Source of the DNA: Opitutia bacterium | GTDB taxonomy: Bacteria; Verrucomicrobiota; Verrucomicrobiia; Opitutales; Opitutaceae | Reading direction: 5' to 3' | Assembly (NCBI GenBank): GCA_947478395.1 | Contig: CANJVR010000004.1 | Coordinates: 96,001-160,000 of the forward strand | DNA length: 64,000 nt | Part shown: piece by piece, positions 20,693 through 31,713 of the stretch | Layout of the letters: every line of letters starts with the position of its first letter | Numbering within the stretch: the first letter of the stretch is position 1 | Program-made: the position numbers and the translations under genes | Notes under the pieces: model-generated | The model's database searches: none | What the model was told of the DNA's origin: nothing | What the model saw: only the letters and a program-made list of their open reading frames with translations

Positions 20693-21697
20693 CTACTGCT
20701 GCTGCTGTTGTTGCTGCTCCTCGCCGGAAGCCTCAATCGGATAAAACATGGTGGTCTGAACCACCTCCTCGCCGATCGCATCGAGCTTAGTTTGGATTTC
20801 TTCGAGAAACTCGTGAATGCCCTGTTCCAGAACATCGGTGATGGTAAGCGACTGGAGGTCCGCGACGAGGCGGCGGGCGGCGCGACCCGCATCGGAGCGG
20901 GGCCGGGCGCCGGTTTCGCCCAGGATGCGGCGGAGGAATTCGTCGATCTGCGTGGCGCAGTAGTGCAGCGAGCGTGGAAAGGAGTCGGAGAAGATGAGGA
21001 ACTCCGCTGCTTTCCAGGGCAGAATTTCGCGGACGTAATACCGCCGGTAGGACTCGAGCGCGCTGGCGGAGCGGAGCACGGCCTGCCATTGCGCCGTGTC
21101 AACGGCGCCGCCGACGTCGGTGGCGTCTGGTAGCAGAATGTGGTATTTCACGTCCAAGATCCGGGTGGTTTTGTCCGCCCGCTCAATGAACTTGCCGAAC
21201 TGGATAAACTCCCAGCCCTCGCTGCGGGTGTAAGTGGCATCGGTCAGGCCCTGAAAGAGGTGCGAGGCGCGTTTGATGTGCTGGAAAAATTCATTGGGAC
21301 TACCGGCCCAGACTTCCGCCGTGCTGCTCGATTTGAGGAAAATATGTAGCTCGTTTAAGGTCTCCCACATTTCGAGCGAAATTTGGTCGCGAATCATCCG
21401 GGCGTTTTCCCGCGCGGCGAAAACGCAGCTCAAAATTGAACTTGGATTGCGCAGATCGAAGGCGAGGAAATCGGTGACGGTGCGGCTGGTCGCGTGGGTC
21501 CCGTGGATCTTTCCGAAGAGTTCCTCATCGCCTGAACTGTAAATGATCGAGTCCCAGTGTTCGCGCAGCTTCGAATCGTCGAGGCCTTGGAAATCGAGCA
21601 GGAACTGGAGGTTGACCTCCAGCAGCCGGGCGATGTTTTCCGAGCGCTCGATGTAGCGGCTCATCCAATAAAGCGAGTGGGCCACGCGGGAGAGCAT
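20693..21697 (-). CDS. Alpha-E domain protein (DUF403)
   Basis: 'MLSRVA..LYWMSRYIER.EN.AR', 'ARENAR', 'IERADKTTRILDVKY', 'FPRS'; poly-Q tail. Confidence 0.92.
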   Translation of the reverse strand: MLSRVAHSLYWMSRYIERSENIARLLEVNLQFLLDFQGLDDSKLREHWDSIIYSSGDEELFGKIHGTHATSRTVTDFLAFDLRNPSSILSCVFAARENARMIRDQISLEMWETLNELHIFLKSSSTAEVWAGSPNEFFQHIKRASHLFQGLTDATYTRSEGWEFIQFGKFIERADKTTRILDVKYHILLPDATDVGGAVDTAQWQAVLRSASALESYRRYYVREILPWKAAEFLIFSDSFPRSLHYCATQIDEFLRRILGETGARPRSDAGRAARRLVADLQSLTITDVLEQGIHEFLEEIQTKLDAIGEEVVQTTMFYPIEASGEEQQQQQQQ

Positions 21698-21869
21698 GGT
21701 GGAAGACTGGGCGCGGGCGGGCGGTAGCTTGGCGGCGGGAGGCATCGGAGGATTAGGTTGCAGATCCCAAATCTCCAAACGCCAAAATAGTCCCGGATTT
21801 GGCCGGCTGAAAAATTTGTGGATTCATGGGGTCGATGGGGATTCGTACGGTTGCGATCGAGGTTTTTGC

Positions 21870-23318
21870 CTACTCGTCTCCTTGCAGAACCCACGTGTCC
21901 TTGGAGCCGCCACCCTGCGAAGAGTTTACGACCAACGAGCCTTTTCTGAGGGCGACGCGCGTTAGACCGCCGGGAGTGACGGTGATCTTCTCGCCGTAGA
22001 GGATATAAGGGCGGAGATCGATGTGGCGGCCTTCGAGGGCGCCGTTGCACCACGTGGGTGAACGCGAAAGCGCGATCGGATCCTGCGCGATGAAATTGCG
22101 CGGTTGCGCCGCGACCTTGGCGCGAAAGTCGTCGCACTCCGCCTTGGTGGCAGCGGGGCCGATGAGCATCCCGTAGCCGCCGGCTTCGTTGGCGGATTTC
22201 ACGACGAGTTTCGCGATGTTTTCCAGGATGTATTTCCGGTCGAGCGGCTCGGATGCCAAATACGTGTTCACGTTGGCGAGGATCGGCTCTTCGCCGAGGT
22301 AGTATTTGATGATTCTCGGCACGTACGCGTAGATCACCTTGTCGTCGGCGACGCCCGTACCGATCGAGTTGGCCAGCGCGACGTGCCCGGCGCGGTAGGC
22401 GCCGACCAGGCCTTGGACGCCGAGCATCGAGTCGGAGCGGAAGACGGAGGGATCGAGAAAGTCGTCGTCGATGCGACGGTAGATTACGTCGACTTGGACG
22501 AGGCCTGCGGTGGTGCGCATGTAGACCTTTTGGTCGCGCACGACGAGGTCCCGCCCCTCGACAATCGGGATGCCCATTTGGCGGGCCAGAAACGTGTGTT
22601 CGAAATACGCGCTGTTGTACACGCCGGGCGTCAGCAGCACGACGTTCGGTTTGTCGATCCGATCGGGCGCGAGATGCAGCAGCGATTTCAGCAGCGCGTC
22701 ACCGTAAGTTTCCACGGGCCGCACGCCATAGGATTGAAAGAGATTGGGAAACGCGCGGCGCATCGCGACCCGGTTCTCCAGCATGTAGGAAGCGCCGGAG
22801 GGACAGCGCAGGTTGTCTTCGAGGATGAGGTAATTGCCGTCGTGATCGCGAATGAGATCGGTGCCGCAGATGTGGACGTAGATGTCGCGCGGTACATTGA
22901 AGTTCATGAACTCGCGCCGGAAATGTTTGGCGCTGAGGATTTGCGCGGCAGGGATGATCTTGTCCTTCAGGATCTTTTGCTCGTGGTAGATATCGTGCAG
23001 GAAAAGATTCAGCGCGGTGATGCGCTGGATCAGCCCGGCTTCCAGGCGGGCCCATTCACGCGAGGGGATGATGCGAGGAATGAGGTCGAAGGGGAAGATG
23101 CGCTCCGTGCCCTCGGAGTCGTTGTAAACGGTGAACGTGACCCCGCGCCGGAGGAACGCCAGGTCCACCGCGGCCCGGCGTTGGTTGAACTCTACCTCAG
23201 GTAAGCGGGTGAGGCGCTCGGCCAGGCGGCGATAGTGGGGACGAACAGTTTTGCCGTCGGGCTCGAACATCTCGTCGAAAAACGCGCCGGCGTCATAGGT
23301 AGAACTGATAAGCGACAC
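21870..23318 (-). CDS. Circularly permuted type 2 ATP-grasp protein
   Basis: '[11 protein letters not shown]', '[11 protein letters not shown]', 'NSAYFEH', '[11 protein letters not shown]', '[15 protein letters not shown]'. Confidence 0.95.
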   Translation of the reverse strand: MSLISSTYDAGAFFDEMFEPDGKTVRPHYRRLAERLTRLPEVEFNQRRAAVDLAFLRRGVTFTVYNDSEGTERIFPFDLIPRIIPSREWARLEAGLIQRITALNLFLHDIYHEQKILKDKIIPAAQILSAKHFRREFMNFNVPRDIYVHICGTDLIRDHDGNYLILEDNLRCPSGASYMLENRVAMRRAFPNLFQSYGVRPVETYGDALLKSLLHLAPDRIDKPNVVLLTPGVYNSAYFEHTFLARQMGIPIVEGRDLVVRDQKVYMRTTAGLVQVDVIYRRIDDDFLDPSVFRSDSMLGVQGLVGAYRAGHVALANSIGTGVADDKVIYAYVPRIIKYYLGEEPILANVNTYLASEPLDRKYILENIAKLVVKSANEAGGYGMLIGPAATKAECDDFRAKVAAQPRNFIAQDPIALSRSPTWCNGALEGRHIDLRPYILYGEKITVTPGGLTRVALRKGSLVVNSSQGGGSKDTWVLQGDE

Positions 23319-23364
23319 AGGGAGGGATTTTGGTTTGCTGGCGACCTACCTAGCAGGTCCTTTG

Positions 23365-23540
23365 CCAGCGCGCCGTCCATCTCCGCTTCGAGTACCTCTG
23401 GTTGCATCGTCTGCAGCGGTCCCTTCATCGCGTCGTACTCGGCCGGCGTTCGTATCAGATCGTGTTTCGTTACGTGGATTCTCGCATCGCTTCGCTCCAG
23501 GCGGGCTACCGTTTTCCTCGGCTCGTGGTTTTAGGCGTCA
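23365..23540 (-). pseudogene. Possible IS256-family transposase N-terminal remnant
   Basis: Short frame 'DAMKGPLQTMQPEVLEAEMDGALA' resembles the IS256 N-terminal 'LEAEM..AL' motif; no continuation. Confidence 0.3.
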
Positions 23541-23760
23541 TCACCAAACCAGGTGCCGTGATCCGCTTTCTTGCTGAACTCGGCGGACTCTACGGTTGAA
23601 AACGCCGGCGAGAGGGTGAGGCGAAAGCCCTGCCCCGGGACTCCGGATTTTACCCTTTCAAGGGATGGAGCGTTCGCGTCGGAGGATGCGGGCCTGAAAG
23701 GGCTATCCCCTTATGGGAGACGATCGAAACCGATTCAGCAGAGCCGGGAGGCCCGCGTGC

Positions 23761-25152
23761 TTACATCGCGTGAATCGCGCTCTTGCTGACGGCGAGCCCG
23801 GCTTCTTTCACGGCTTCGCTCATTGTCGGATGCGCATGGATGGTGCGCCCAAGATCTTCGGCGCTGCCGCCATATTCCATGTGGGTGACGACTTCACTGA
23901 TGAGTTCTCCGGCTCCGTGGCCGACGATTTGGGCGCCGAGAATCTGGTCGGTCTTCGCGTCGGCGATGATCTTCACGAAGCCATCCATGGCATCGGCGGC
24001 AATGGCGCGGCCATTGGCGGCGAAGTTGAATTTGCCGACGTTGATCGCGCGGCCGGCGACTTTGGCGGCGTCCTCCCCGAGGCCGACGCAGGCGACTTCG
24101 GGTTCAGTGTAAACGACGGCGGGCACGAGGTCCCAATTTACGTGGCCGGCCTTGCCGGCGATCCATTCGGCGACGGCAACGCCGTCTTCCTCGGCTTTGT
24201 GGGCAAGCATCGGGCCGGCGACGACATCGCCGATAGCCCATATGCCCGGAGCCGTGGTCTTGAGATGAGCGTCGACTTTCACGCGCTTCTTTTCGTCGAG
24301 CTGCACGCCGGCTTTCTCCAAGGAGAGACCATCGGTAAACGGCCGCCGCCCGACCGAGACGAGAACCTTGTCGGCCGGAAAGGAAAGTTTTTCGGTGCCG
24401 CGTTCGGCGGTGAGGGTCCCCTTGGTGAAGCCGGTGACTTTGGCCCCGACTTCGATCTTCAGGCCTTGCTTCTGGAGCATGCGGGTGAAGCTACGCACAA
24501 TGTCGTCATCGTAGGTCGCGATGATTTTGGGGAGAAATTCGATGACAGTCACGTCGGAGCCAAGTCGCGACCAGACGGAGCCAAGCTCGAGACCGATGGC
24601 GCCGCCGCCGACGACCACGAGTTTTTTCGGCACGGAATCGAAAGCGATGGCATGATCGCTGGAGACGACAGTCTGGCCGTCGAACTTCATGAACGGGAGC
24701 TCGACCGGCGCGGAGCCGGTGGCGATGACGATATTTTTCGCGGTGAGTTGGGACGTTTCCTTTTCGCCTTTTACTTCGATCGTAGTGGCGGAGACGAATG
24801 CGGCTGCGCCGGTGATGACCGTAATTTTGCGGGCCTTGGCCAGTTGGGCGACGCCGCCGACGAGTTTTGTGACGACGTCGTCCTTCTTTTTGAGCAGCGT
24901 GGCGAGATCGAGTTCGACGGAGCCAAGTTTGATGCCGTGAGCGGCAGCGTGGCCTTTGGCGAAGGCGAAATGTTCGCTCGAGTGGAGCAGGGCCTTGCTC
25001 GGGATGCAGCCGACATTGAGGCAGGTGCCACCGAGGGTGGCGCGCTTTTCGACCAGTGCGACCTTGAGGCCGAGTTGGGCGGCGCGAAATGCGCAGACGT
25101 AGCCGCCGGGGCCGGCGCCAATTACGATCAAGTCAAAGGAAGTCGCAGACAT
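23761..25152 (-). CDS. lpdA: Dihydrolipoyl dehydrogenase
   Basis: 'GAGPGGY', '[13 protein letters not shown]', 'GGGAIGLE', 'HAHPTMSE'. Confidence 0.97.
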   Translation of the reverse strand: MSATSFDLIVIGAGPGGYVCAFRAAQLGLKVALVEKRATLGGTCLNVGCIPSKALLHSSEHFAFAKGHAAAHGIKLGSVELDLATLLKKKDDVVTKLVGGVAQLAKARKITVITGAAAFVSATTIEVKGEKETSQLTAKNIVIATGSAPVELPFMKFDGQTVVSSDHAIAFDSVPKKLVVVGGGAIGLELGSVWSRLGSDVTVIEFLPKIIATYDDDIVRSFTRMLQKQGLKIEVGAKVTGFTKGTLTAERGTEKLSFPADKVLVSVGRRPFTDGLSLEKAGVQLDEKKRVKVDAHLKTTAPGIWAIGDVVAGPMLAHKAEEDGVAVAEWIAGKAGHVNWDLVPAVVYTEPEVACVGLGEDAAKVAGRAINVGKFNFAANGRAIAADAMDGFVKIIADAKTDQILGAQIVGHGAGELISEVVTHMEYGGSAEDLGRTIHAHPTMSEAVKEAGLAVSKSAIHAM

Positions 25153-25245
25153 TTTTAGCAGTGGAAGTTGGAAGGTTAAGTTGAAGAGAAATCGCCCTGG
25201 CAAACGCGCTCTATCTTCAACTTTTCACATGAACTCTTTTGAGCA

Positions 25246-26448
25246 TCAGATGCTCAAAAGCAGGCGGGCGGGGTCTTCGATCGCTTGCTTTACTTTCACG
25301 AGGAACGTCACGGCTTCCTTGCCGTCGACGAGGCGGTGATCGTAGCTCAGCGCGAGGTACATCATCGGCCGAATGACAACCTGGCCGTTGAGGGCGACCG
25401 GGCGGTCGTTGATCGCGTGCAGTCCGAGGATGGCGCTTTGCGGGGCGTTGATGATCGGCGTCGACAGCATCGAGCCGAAGGTGCCGCCATTCGTAATCGT
25501 GAACACGCCGCCTTCGAGATCGGCGAGGGTGATCTTCCCGTCACGCGCGCGTTTGGCGACGTCACCGAGGGCTTTTTCGATGCCGGCCATGCCGAGACTA
25601 TCGCAGTCGCGAATGACTGGAACCATCAGGCCCTTCTCGGTCGAGACGGCGACGCCGATGTCGTAGTAATGATTTTCAACGATCTGGTCGCCGTCGATCT
25701 GGGCGTTGATCGCGGGAATCTCCTTGAGCGCGTTGACCACGGCCTTCGCGAAGAACGACATGAAGCCGAGTTTGAACCCATTCTTTTTGACGAAATCGTC
25801 CTGATATTTCGCGCGCAGGCCCATGACCGCGGACATATCGACTTCGTTGAACGTCGTGAGCATCGCCGCGTCGTGTTGGGCGGCGACGAGGCGCTGGGCG
25901 ATCTTCGCGCGCAGCGGAGTCATCTTGCGGCGGGACTGCCTTGCCCCTGCGGGGAGCGAGGGTTTCGGGTTGGGAATGGGAGCGGGCGAGGGCGCGACGG
26001 TTACGGGCTTCGTTTCGGTGGCAGCAAGCATATCGCCCTTGGTCACGCGGCCGGCTTTGCCGGAACCGGAAACGCTGGCTGGATCGATGCCAGTTTCCGC
26101 GGCGAGTCGGCGCACGGCCGGCGATTGCTCGGTCGGCGCAACCGGTTTCGAGCTTTGGGCTTCGGTTTTCGCGTTGGATGCCGGTGCGGCCGGTGCGGCG
26201 GGCGCGGTGGCGTCGGAGTCGATGGTGGCGACTTGCTGGCCGATTTTGACTTCGGTGCCGGCGGCGACCTTCAAGGTGATTTTTCCGGCTGACTCGGCGG
26301 TGCCTTCGGAGGTGATTTTGTCCGTCTCCAGCTCGAAGAGCGGCTGGTCCTTTTTGACGACGTCGCCGTCTTTAACGTGCCATTTGGCGAGCACACCGGA
26401 GCTGATCGATTCGCCCATCGGCGGGATTTTGACTTCGAGGAGAGGCAT
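25246..26448 (-). CDS. sucB: 2-oxoglutarate dehydrogenase E2
   Basis: Lipoyl 'ETDK', E3-binding '[12 protein letters not shown]', '[11 protein letters not shown]'. Confidence 0.96.
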   Translation of the reverse strand: MPLLEVKIPPMGESISSGVLAKWHVKDGDVVKKDQPLFELETDKITSEGTAESAGKITLKVAAGTEVKIGQQVATIDSDATAPAAPAAPASNAKTEAQSSKPVAPTEQSPAVRRLAAETGIDPASVSGSGKAGRVTKGDMLAATETKPVTVAPSPAPIPNPKPSLPAGARQSRRKMTPLRAKIAQRLVAAQHDAAMLTTFNEVDMSAVMGLRAKYQDDFVKKNGFKLGFMSFFAKAVVNALKEIPAINAQIDGDQIVENHYYDIGVAVSTEKGLMVPVIRDCDSLGMAGIEKALGDVAKRARDGKITLADLEGGVFTITNGGTFGSMLSTPIINAPQSAILGLHAINDRPVALNGQVVIRPMMYLALSYDHRLVDGKEAVTFLVKVKQAIEDPARLLLSI

Positions 26449-26552
26449 GGGAGGAGAAGGAAAAGTAGTGAGTAGCGGGTAGTGAGTAGCGAGTGGAAAG
26501 ACAGCAGGCGGCGGAGAGAGGGATCGAAATCTGTGCTACGCGCTACCTCAAA

Positions 26553-29321
26553 TCAGAGCGTGAAGGCGTCGTTGAGCAGGGCGGTGAGTTCCATCCGGTG
26601 CAACGCGAGGTTGCCGACGGCGGGAGAGGCCGAGGCGTCGCGGCCCGCATAAGTGGGCTTACGGCCGAAAATTTCCTCGATTTGTGGGGCGATGTACGAC
26701 CACGCCCCCATGTTCTGCGATTCTTCCTGACACCAGACGAGTCGCGCGGCGTGGCCGTAGGCGTCGGAAAGTTTGGCGAGGGCGTTCGTGTGCAGGGGAT
26801 AAAGTTGTTCCACACGAATGATCGCCGTGTCCGCAAGCTTTCGCTTGGTGCGGTACTCGAGCAAGTCGTAGTAGATTTTGCCGGAGCAGAGGATGATGCG
26901 GTCGGCTTTTTTTGGCGCCGTCGGATCATCGATGATTTCTTGGAAACTGCCGCTCGTGAAATCGCTGAGCCGGGAAACGGCGGCGGGATGGCGCAACAGC
27001 GATTTGGGCGACATCACGATGAGCGGCTTGCGGAAATCTCGTTTTATCTGGCGGCGCAAGGCATGGAAAATTTGCGCCGGCGTCGTGAGGTTCACGACCT
27101 GCATATTATTTTCCGCGCAGGACTGGAGGAAGCGTTCCAGCCGGGCCGAAGAATGCTCTGGCCCCTGGCCTTCGTAGCCGTGCGGCAGGAGCAGTACGAT
27201 GCCACTCGTGCGCTGCCATTTCGATTCGCCGCTCGAAATGAATTGGTCGATGACGACTTGGGCGCCGTTGGCGAAATCGCCGAACTGGGCCTCCCAAATG
27301 CAGAGCATCTGGGGATAATCGAGCGAATAGCCGTAGTCGAAGCCGAGGACCGCGACTTCGGATAGCAGCGAATTATAAACGCAGAAACGCGCGTCAGCGC
27401 CTTCGATGTTTTTGAGCGGGGTATATTTTTCGCCCGTCTCCGTGTCGGACACGACCGCGTGGCGGTGAGTGAACGTCCCGCGCTCGCAGTCCTGACCGCT
27501 GAGGCGAACGGGCACGCCTTCAACCAAAAGGGTGCCGAACGCGAGGGCTTCGCCGAAACCCCAGTCGATCGCGCTGTCGTCCTTGTGCGCCGCGAGGCGG
27601 GCGTCGAGGAATCGTTTGATTTTGGGGTTCAGTTTGAAATTGGCGGGGACGGTTGTGAGCCCGCGCACGACGGTGTCGATGACCGCCGCAGACACGGCGG
27701 TGTTCACCGGAGTGTGGTGAAACGGCGGCTGGAACACCGCGGTGGAACCCTTGAAAGCGTCGGAGGCTTTGGCGCGCTTCGCGGTTTTGACGGCCTCGCG
27801 TTCTTTGGCCTTGGCTAGGTTTTCCTCGAGGGACGCGGAATATTCCGCGGTGATCGCTTCGCCTTCGGCGGCGGTGATGGTGCCGGCGCTGACGAGCTGT
27901 TCGGTGTAGATCGCAGAGACCAACGTGTGCGCGGCGATTTTCTTGTAGAGCGTGGGCTGCGTGAACGCGGGTTCATCGGTCTCGTTGTGGCCGTGCCGCC
28001 GGAAGCAGTACATGTCGATGAACACGTCGCGATGAAACTGCACACGGAAGTCGAGGGCGAGTTGGGCGACCATGCACACGGCTTCGGGATCGTCGCCGTT
28101 CACGTGAAATATCGGCGCCTCGATCATTTTCGCGACGTCGGTGCAGTAGCGCGTCGAGCGAGCATCGCGGGGATCCGTCGTGAAACCGATCTGATTGTTG
28201 ATCACGAAATGGAGCGTGCCGCCGGTGCGATAGCCGGGGAGCTGCGAAAAATTCAGGGTCTCGGCCACGACGCCCTGGCCGGCGACCGCGGCATCGCCGT
28301 GGATCAACAGCGGCAGCACTTTGGTGCGCGTCTCGGTGTCGCCGCGGATGCGTTGACGCGCGCGGGCCTTGCCTTCGACCACCGGATTCACGATCTCGAG
28401 GTGGGAAGGATTGGCGGCGAGGCGAACCTCGACCTTGGCGCCGGACGTGGTCGTGAGGATCGACTCGTAGCCGAGGTGATATTTGACGTCGCCGTCGCCG
28501 GCGACGGTATCGGGCAGATAGTTTTCGGAGAATTGCTCGAAGAGCTGGTCGAACGATTTCCGCATGACGGAGCAGAGGACGTTGAGCCGGCCGCGATGCG
28601 CCATGCCCATGACAATCTCCTCCACGGCGACGTCGGGGCAGTGGTCGATCACCGCGTCGAGCGCGGCGATGATGGTTTCGCCGCCTTCGAGCGAAAAACG
28701 TTTCTGGCCAACATACTTCGTGTGGAGAAATTTTTCAAAAAGCTCGGCTTTGTGGACGCGACGGAGAAAGCGGACTTTCTGGGCCTTCGTAAATTTTGGC
28801 TGCAGCCGGCTGGACTCGATGCGATCCTGCAGCCAGCGGCGGCAATCCGTGTCCTGAATATGCGCGTACTCGACGCCAACGTGGCCGCAATAGGTTTCTT
28901 GGAGCGTGGTGACGATATCGCGGAGCTTCATTTGTCCGCCGCCGAGGTAAGTGCCGGTGTCGAAGGACGTATCGAGGTCCGCGGTTGAGAGCTCGAATTG
29001 TTCGAGGGAAAGTTTAGCGACGGGCGCGGGCGGGCCGCTGAGCGGATCGATGTGGGACTGGAGATGGCCGATCGCGCGATAGGCGTTGATCAGGTAGTGG
29101 ACGTGAGCCTGTTTCAGGCTGTCGACGATCGCGACCGCAGCGCCCGGAGCGGTGCCATCGCCTAAGGCGGCGGCCATGGAGCCGTTGTTGTTGCCGAGCG
29201 CGAATCCTTGAAAGAAGGCGCGCCACGTCGGATCGACGGAGTCGGGATTATCGAGCCACGCTTGGTACATCTGCTCGATGACGGCAGAATTGGCGCGGGT
29301 AGGAACGGTCATGGAATTCAT
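26553..29321 (-). CDS. sucA: 2-oxoglutarate dehydrogenase E1
   Basis: 'GQKRFSLEG', 'GMAHRGRLN', 'HGDAA', 'WEAQFGDF', 'GPEHSSARLERF'. Confidence 0.97.
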   Translation of the reverse strand: MNSMTVPTRANSAVIEQMYQAWLDNPDSVDPTWRAFFQGFALGNNNGSMAAALGDGTAPGAAVAIVDSLKQAHVHYLINAYRAIGHLQSHIDPLSGPPAPVAKLSLEQFELSTADLDTSFDTGTYLGGGQMKLRDIVTTLQETYCGHVGVEYAHIQDTDCRRWLQDRIESSRLQPKFTKAQKVRFLRRVHKAELFEKFLHTKYVGQKRFSLEGGETIIAALDAVIDHCPDVAVEEIVMGMAHRGRLNVLCSVMRKSFDQLFEQFSENYLPDTVAGDGDVKYHLGYESILTTTSGAKVEVRLAANPSHLEIVNPVVEGKARARQRIRGDTETRTKVLPLLIHGDAAVAGQGVVAETLNFSQLPGYRTGGTLHFVINNQIGFTTDPRDARSTRYCTDVAKMIEAPIFHVNGDDPEAVCMVAQLALDFRVQFHRDVFIDMYCFRRHGHNETDEPAFTQPTLYKKIAAHTLVSAIYTEQLVSAGTITAAEGEAITAEYSASLEENLAKAKEREAVKTAKRAKASDAFKGSTAVFQPPFHHTPVNTAVSAAVIDTVVRGLTTVPANFKLNPKIKRFLDARLAAHKDDSAIDWGFGEALAFGTLLVEGVPVRLSGQDCERGTFTHRHAVVSDTETGEKYTPLKNIEGADARFCVYNSLLSEVAVLGFDYGYSLDYPQMLCIWEAQFGDFANGAQVVIDQFISSGESKWQRTSGIVLLLPHGYEGQGPEHSSARLERFLQSCAENNMQVVNLTTPAQIFHALRRQIKRDFRKPLIVMSPKSLLRHPAAVSRLSDFTSGSFQEIIDDPTAPKKADRIILCSGKIYYDLLEYRTKRKLADTAIIRVEQLYPLHTNALAKLSDAYGHAARLVWCQEESQNMGAWSYIAPQIEEIFGRKPTYAGRDASASPAVGNLALHRMELTALLNDAFTL

Positions 29322-29544
29322 GGGAAACGATGAGCGAAGACGGTGAAGAGAATAAAATCGACGCGTCAGCGATGCCTAGCAGCCGGGCGAACGTAACGGG
29401 TCAAAGGAAGGGTTTCCCCTGACCACAACAGGGCTTCAGCGGGCTGACAAGTCCGGTGGCGGGCGGGACGGGGATTGCAATCGTGCTTAAGGTGGGTAGC
29501 AGACGCATTAGCTTAGCACCTAAACGCGAATTCACCTTTTAACG

Positions 29545-29796
29545 ATGGAAACCCAGATCAAAGAAGGAGTCGTGGCGCTTTTGGCCGCGATCAAAGCCGG
29601 GGACGGCCCGGCTGTGGCCACGACGATGGCGCGTTTGGACGATCTAGCCGCCCAAGGGCGGGATACGCTCCACCCCCAGCTCGCTCATTTCCTCGAACGT
29701 CGAAGTTACGCGAAAGCGTTGATGTTCTTGGGCGGAGAGACCGATATTCCGGTGGGTGCCTGCGGTGGGCGGGCGGAAAAACCCCGGGGGAATTGA
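29545..29796 (+). CDS. Hypothetical protein
   Basis: Compact ORF with ATG start, 'LHPQLAHFLERRSYAKAL', abuts SUI1 gene. Confidence 0.65.
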   Translation: METQIKEGVVALLAAIKAGDGPAVATTMARLDDLAAQGRDTLHPQLAHFLERRSYAKALMFLGGETDIPVGACGGRAEKPRGN

Positions 29797-29798
29797 CC

Positions 29799-30197
29799 AT
29801 GGCGTCCGGCGAAAAAATCCAGACGGACGGTGGCAGTTCGCTGGCCAACAATCCTTTTGCGGCCCTCAGCGGTGCTGGTCTGCCTGCGTTTTCTAAATCT
29901 TCTGAGATCAAGCCCTTGCCGGGGAAATCGGTGATAGCGGTCGCGCCGAAGAATCGCGGGCGGGTCGACATCAAACGCGAGACCGGCAACCGCGGCGGGA
30001 AAACGGTCACAACCGTGAGCGGGTTTACCGGCATTGGCCTGCCGGAAAAAGAGCAGCTCATGAAAAAGATGAGGGCGGCGTGCGGCTGTGGCGGCACCGT
30101 CAAGGACGGCCAGATCGAAATTCAAGGAGACCAGCGGGAGACAATCGCGCGAATTTTGACGGAGGCCGGTTTCAGACCGGTGATGGCCGGCGGCTAA
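29799..30197 (+). CDS. Translation initiation factor SUI1/YciH family
   Basis: 'RGGKTVT', 'CGCGGTVKDG.IEIQGD'. Confidence 0.92.
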   Translation: MASGEKIQTDGGSSLANNPFAALSGAGLPAFSKSSEIKPLPGKSVIAVAPKNRGRVDIKRETGNRGGKTVTTVSGFTGIGLPEKEQLMKKMRAACGCGGTVKDGQIEIQGDQRETIARILTEAGFRPVMAGG

Positions 30198-30242
30198 AGC
30201 CGCCGACGGCCCGCCAGGCGGAACTCGAAAACGGAAATAGGA

Positions 30243-31367
30243 TCAACGCACCGGAACAAACCGTTCGCAGAACGGATAGGGAACGGAAACGGGTTGGCCG
30301 GTTGGCGTCAGCTGACCGCTGGTTTCGTCGACGCGGAAGACCGCGGCGTTATCGCTGCCGTGATTGGTGCATACGATCCATTTCCCCGTTGGATCGAATG
30401 CGAAATTACGCGGCGTCTTGCCGCCGCTGGAAACGTGCGCGACGAGGGAAAGGCGTCCGCTGTCGGCATCGATCGCAAACGCGACGAGGCTGTCGTGCCC
30501 GCGATTGGAGCCATAGATAAATTTGCCATTGGGGTGAACCTCGAGTTCCGCGGTCGCATTCGCCCCCTTGAAATCGGCGGGCAGGGTTGAGATCGTTTGA
30601 AATTCGGCAAGCCGTCCCGCGGCGGAATCCCAGTTGAAGGCGATGACCGTGCTGGCAATTTCGTTGATGAGATAGACCCAGCGACCGTTCGGATGAAATT
30701 TCACGTGACGCGCACCTGAGCCGGGCGCGACGCCGACGAAGGCCGGATCGTGGGGCTTCAACGTTCCGTCTTTTTCGTTGAAACGATAGACGTAGATCTT
30801 GTCTACGCCGAGATCGGCGACGAGCGCGAAGCGGTTGGTCGGATCGGTGATGATGGAATGGGCGTAGGCATGGCTTTGTCGCTGCGGGTTCAGACTGCTG
30901 CCGGTGTGCTGCACAAACGCGGTCCAGTCACCGATCGAGCCGTCGGGCTTTAGCGCGAAGGCCGCGATATTACCGCCCTCGTAATTGGCCACTAGCGCGT
31001 AACGACCGCTGCGATCGAGGCTGAGGTAGCTCGTGTCCGCGCCGTTGGCGAGGGTTCGGTTGAGATACGTTAGACGGCCTGTATGGGGATCTAGCGCGTA
31101 GGCAGACACGCCTCCGGTCCGGCCCGAGTTGCAGGTGTAGAGGTGCTGTCCATCGGGATGGATTTGAAAAAACGCCGGGGCAACTGCGTCCAGGAGGAAT
31201 TCCGGTTTCGTGAGAACTCCGGTGTCCGTGTCGAAATGGGCGAGGGAGAAGCCGATACCGGGTCCGGCGCGATGGGAGCCGAAGTAAACAAACATGTCCG
31301 CGGCGATAGCGTGGATGGGGCCAAGGCAAAGGACGGCAAACACTCCGGCAAAGCAGCGGGATTTCAT
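30243..31367 (-). CDS. 6-phosphogluconolactonase / lactonase family beta-propeller, exported
   Basis: 'VANYEGG', 'HAYAH', 'DLGVD', 'GSGARH', 'SNRGHDS', 'PRNF'. Confidence 0.9.
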   Translation of the reverse strand: MKSRCFAGVFAVLCLGPIHAIAADMFVYFGSHRAGPGIGFSLAHFDTDTGVLTKPEFLLDAVAPAFFQIHPDGQHLYTCNSGRTGGVSAYALDPHTGRLTYLNRTLANGADTSYLSLDRSGRYALVANYEGGNIAAFALKPDGSIGDWTAFVQHTGSSLNPQRQSHAYAHSIITDPTNRFALVADLGVDKIYVYRFNEKDGTLKPHDPAFVGVAPGSGARHVKFHPNGRWVYLINEIASTVIAFNWDSAAGRLAEFQTISTLPADFKGANATAELEVHPNGKFIYGSNRGHDSLVAFAIDADSGRLSLVAHVSSGGKTPRNFAFDPTGKWIVCTNHGSDNAAVFRVDETSGQLTPTGQPVSVPYPFCERFVPVR

Positions 31368-31665
31368 GGCGATTAAATGAAGGGGTTCAAACTTGGCCGT
31401 TGGAAAAAACGAACGGACGTACGGTAGGGCGGAGGCGAAGGACGAAGCCAGCGACATTTTTTGCCGGACGGAAGATCGTGAATCAGCATGACCCGCCTCG
31501 TCGCCTTTCGAGAGGCTCATGGTCCTGAGCGTGTCGAACGCGCTGCGCCCCGTCCCTCGCCAGAGGGACGGCAATTAGGTTGCACCCCAATTTCCTCTTG
31601 AGAGGGTTGCCGGAAAGGCGGGGTGTGCTCGGGGGGCGCGCCCCCTGAGAATCAGATCAAGCACG

Positions 31666-31696
31666 AGCCGAATTGGCGCGAAGCGCCAACTCGGCT
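31666..31696. terminator. GC-rich hairpin downstream of DUF1552 gene
   Basis: AGCCGAATTGGCGC-GAA-GCGCCAACTCGGCT; no strong U tract. Confidence 0.4.
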
Positions 31697-31713
31697 GATC
31701 GGTACCACCCCGC

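Noticed and set aside
23713..25158. Long antisense ORFs (also 27927-28988, 22104-23204, 37789-39066, 41255-42346)
   Set aside because: Shadow frames opposite well-supported genes, expected in high-GC DNA
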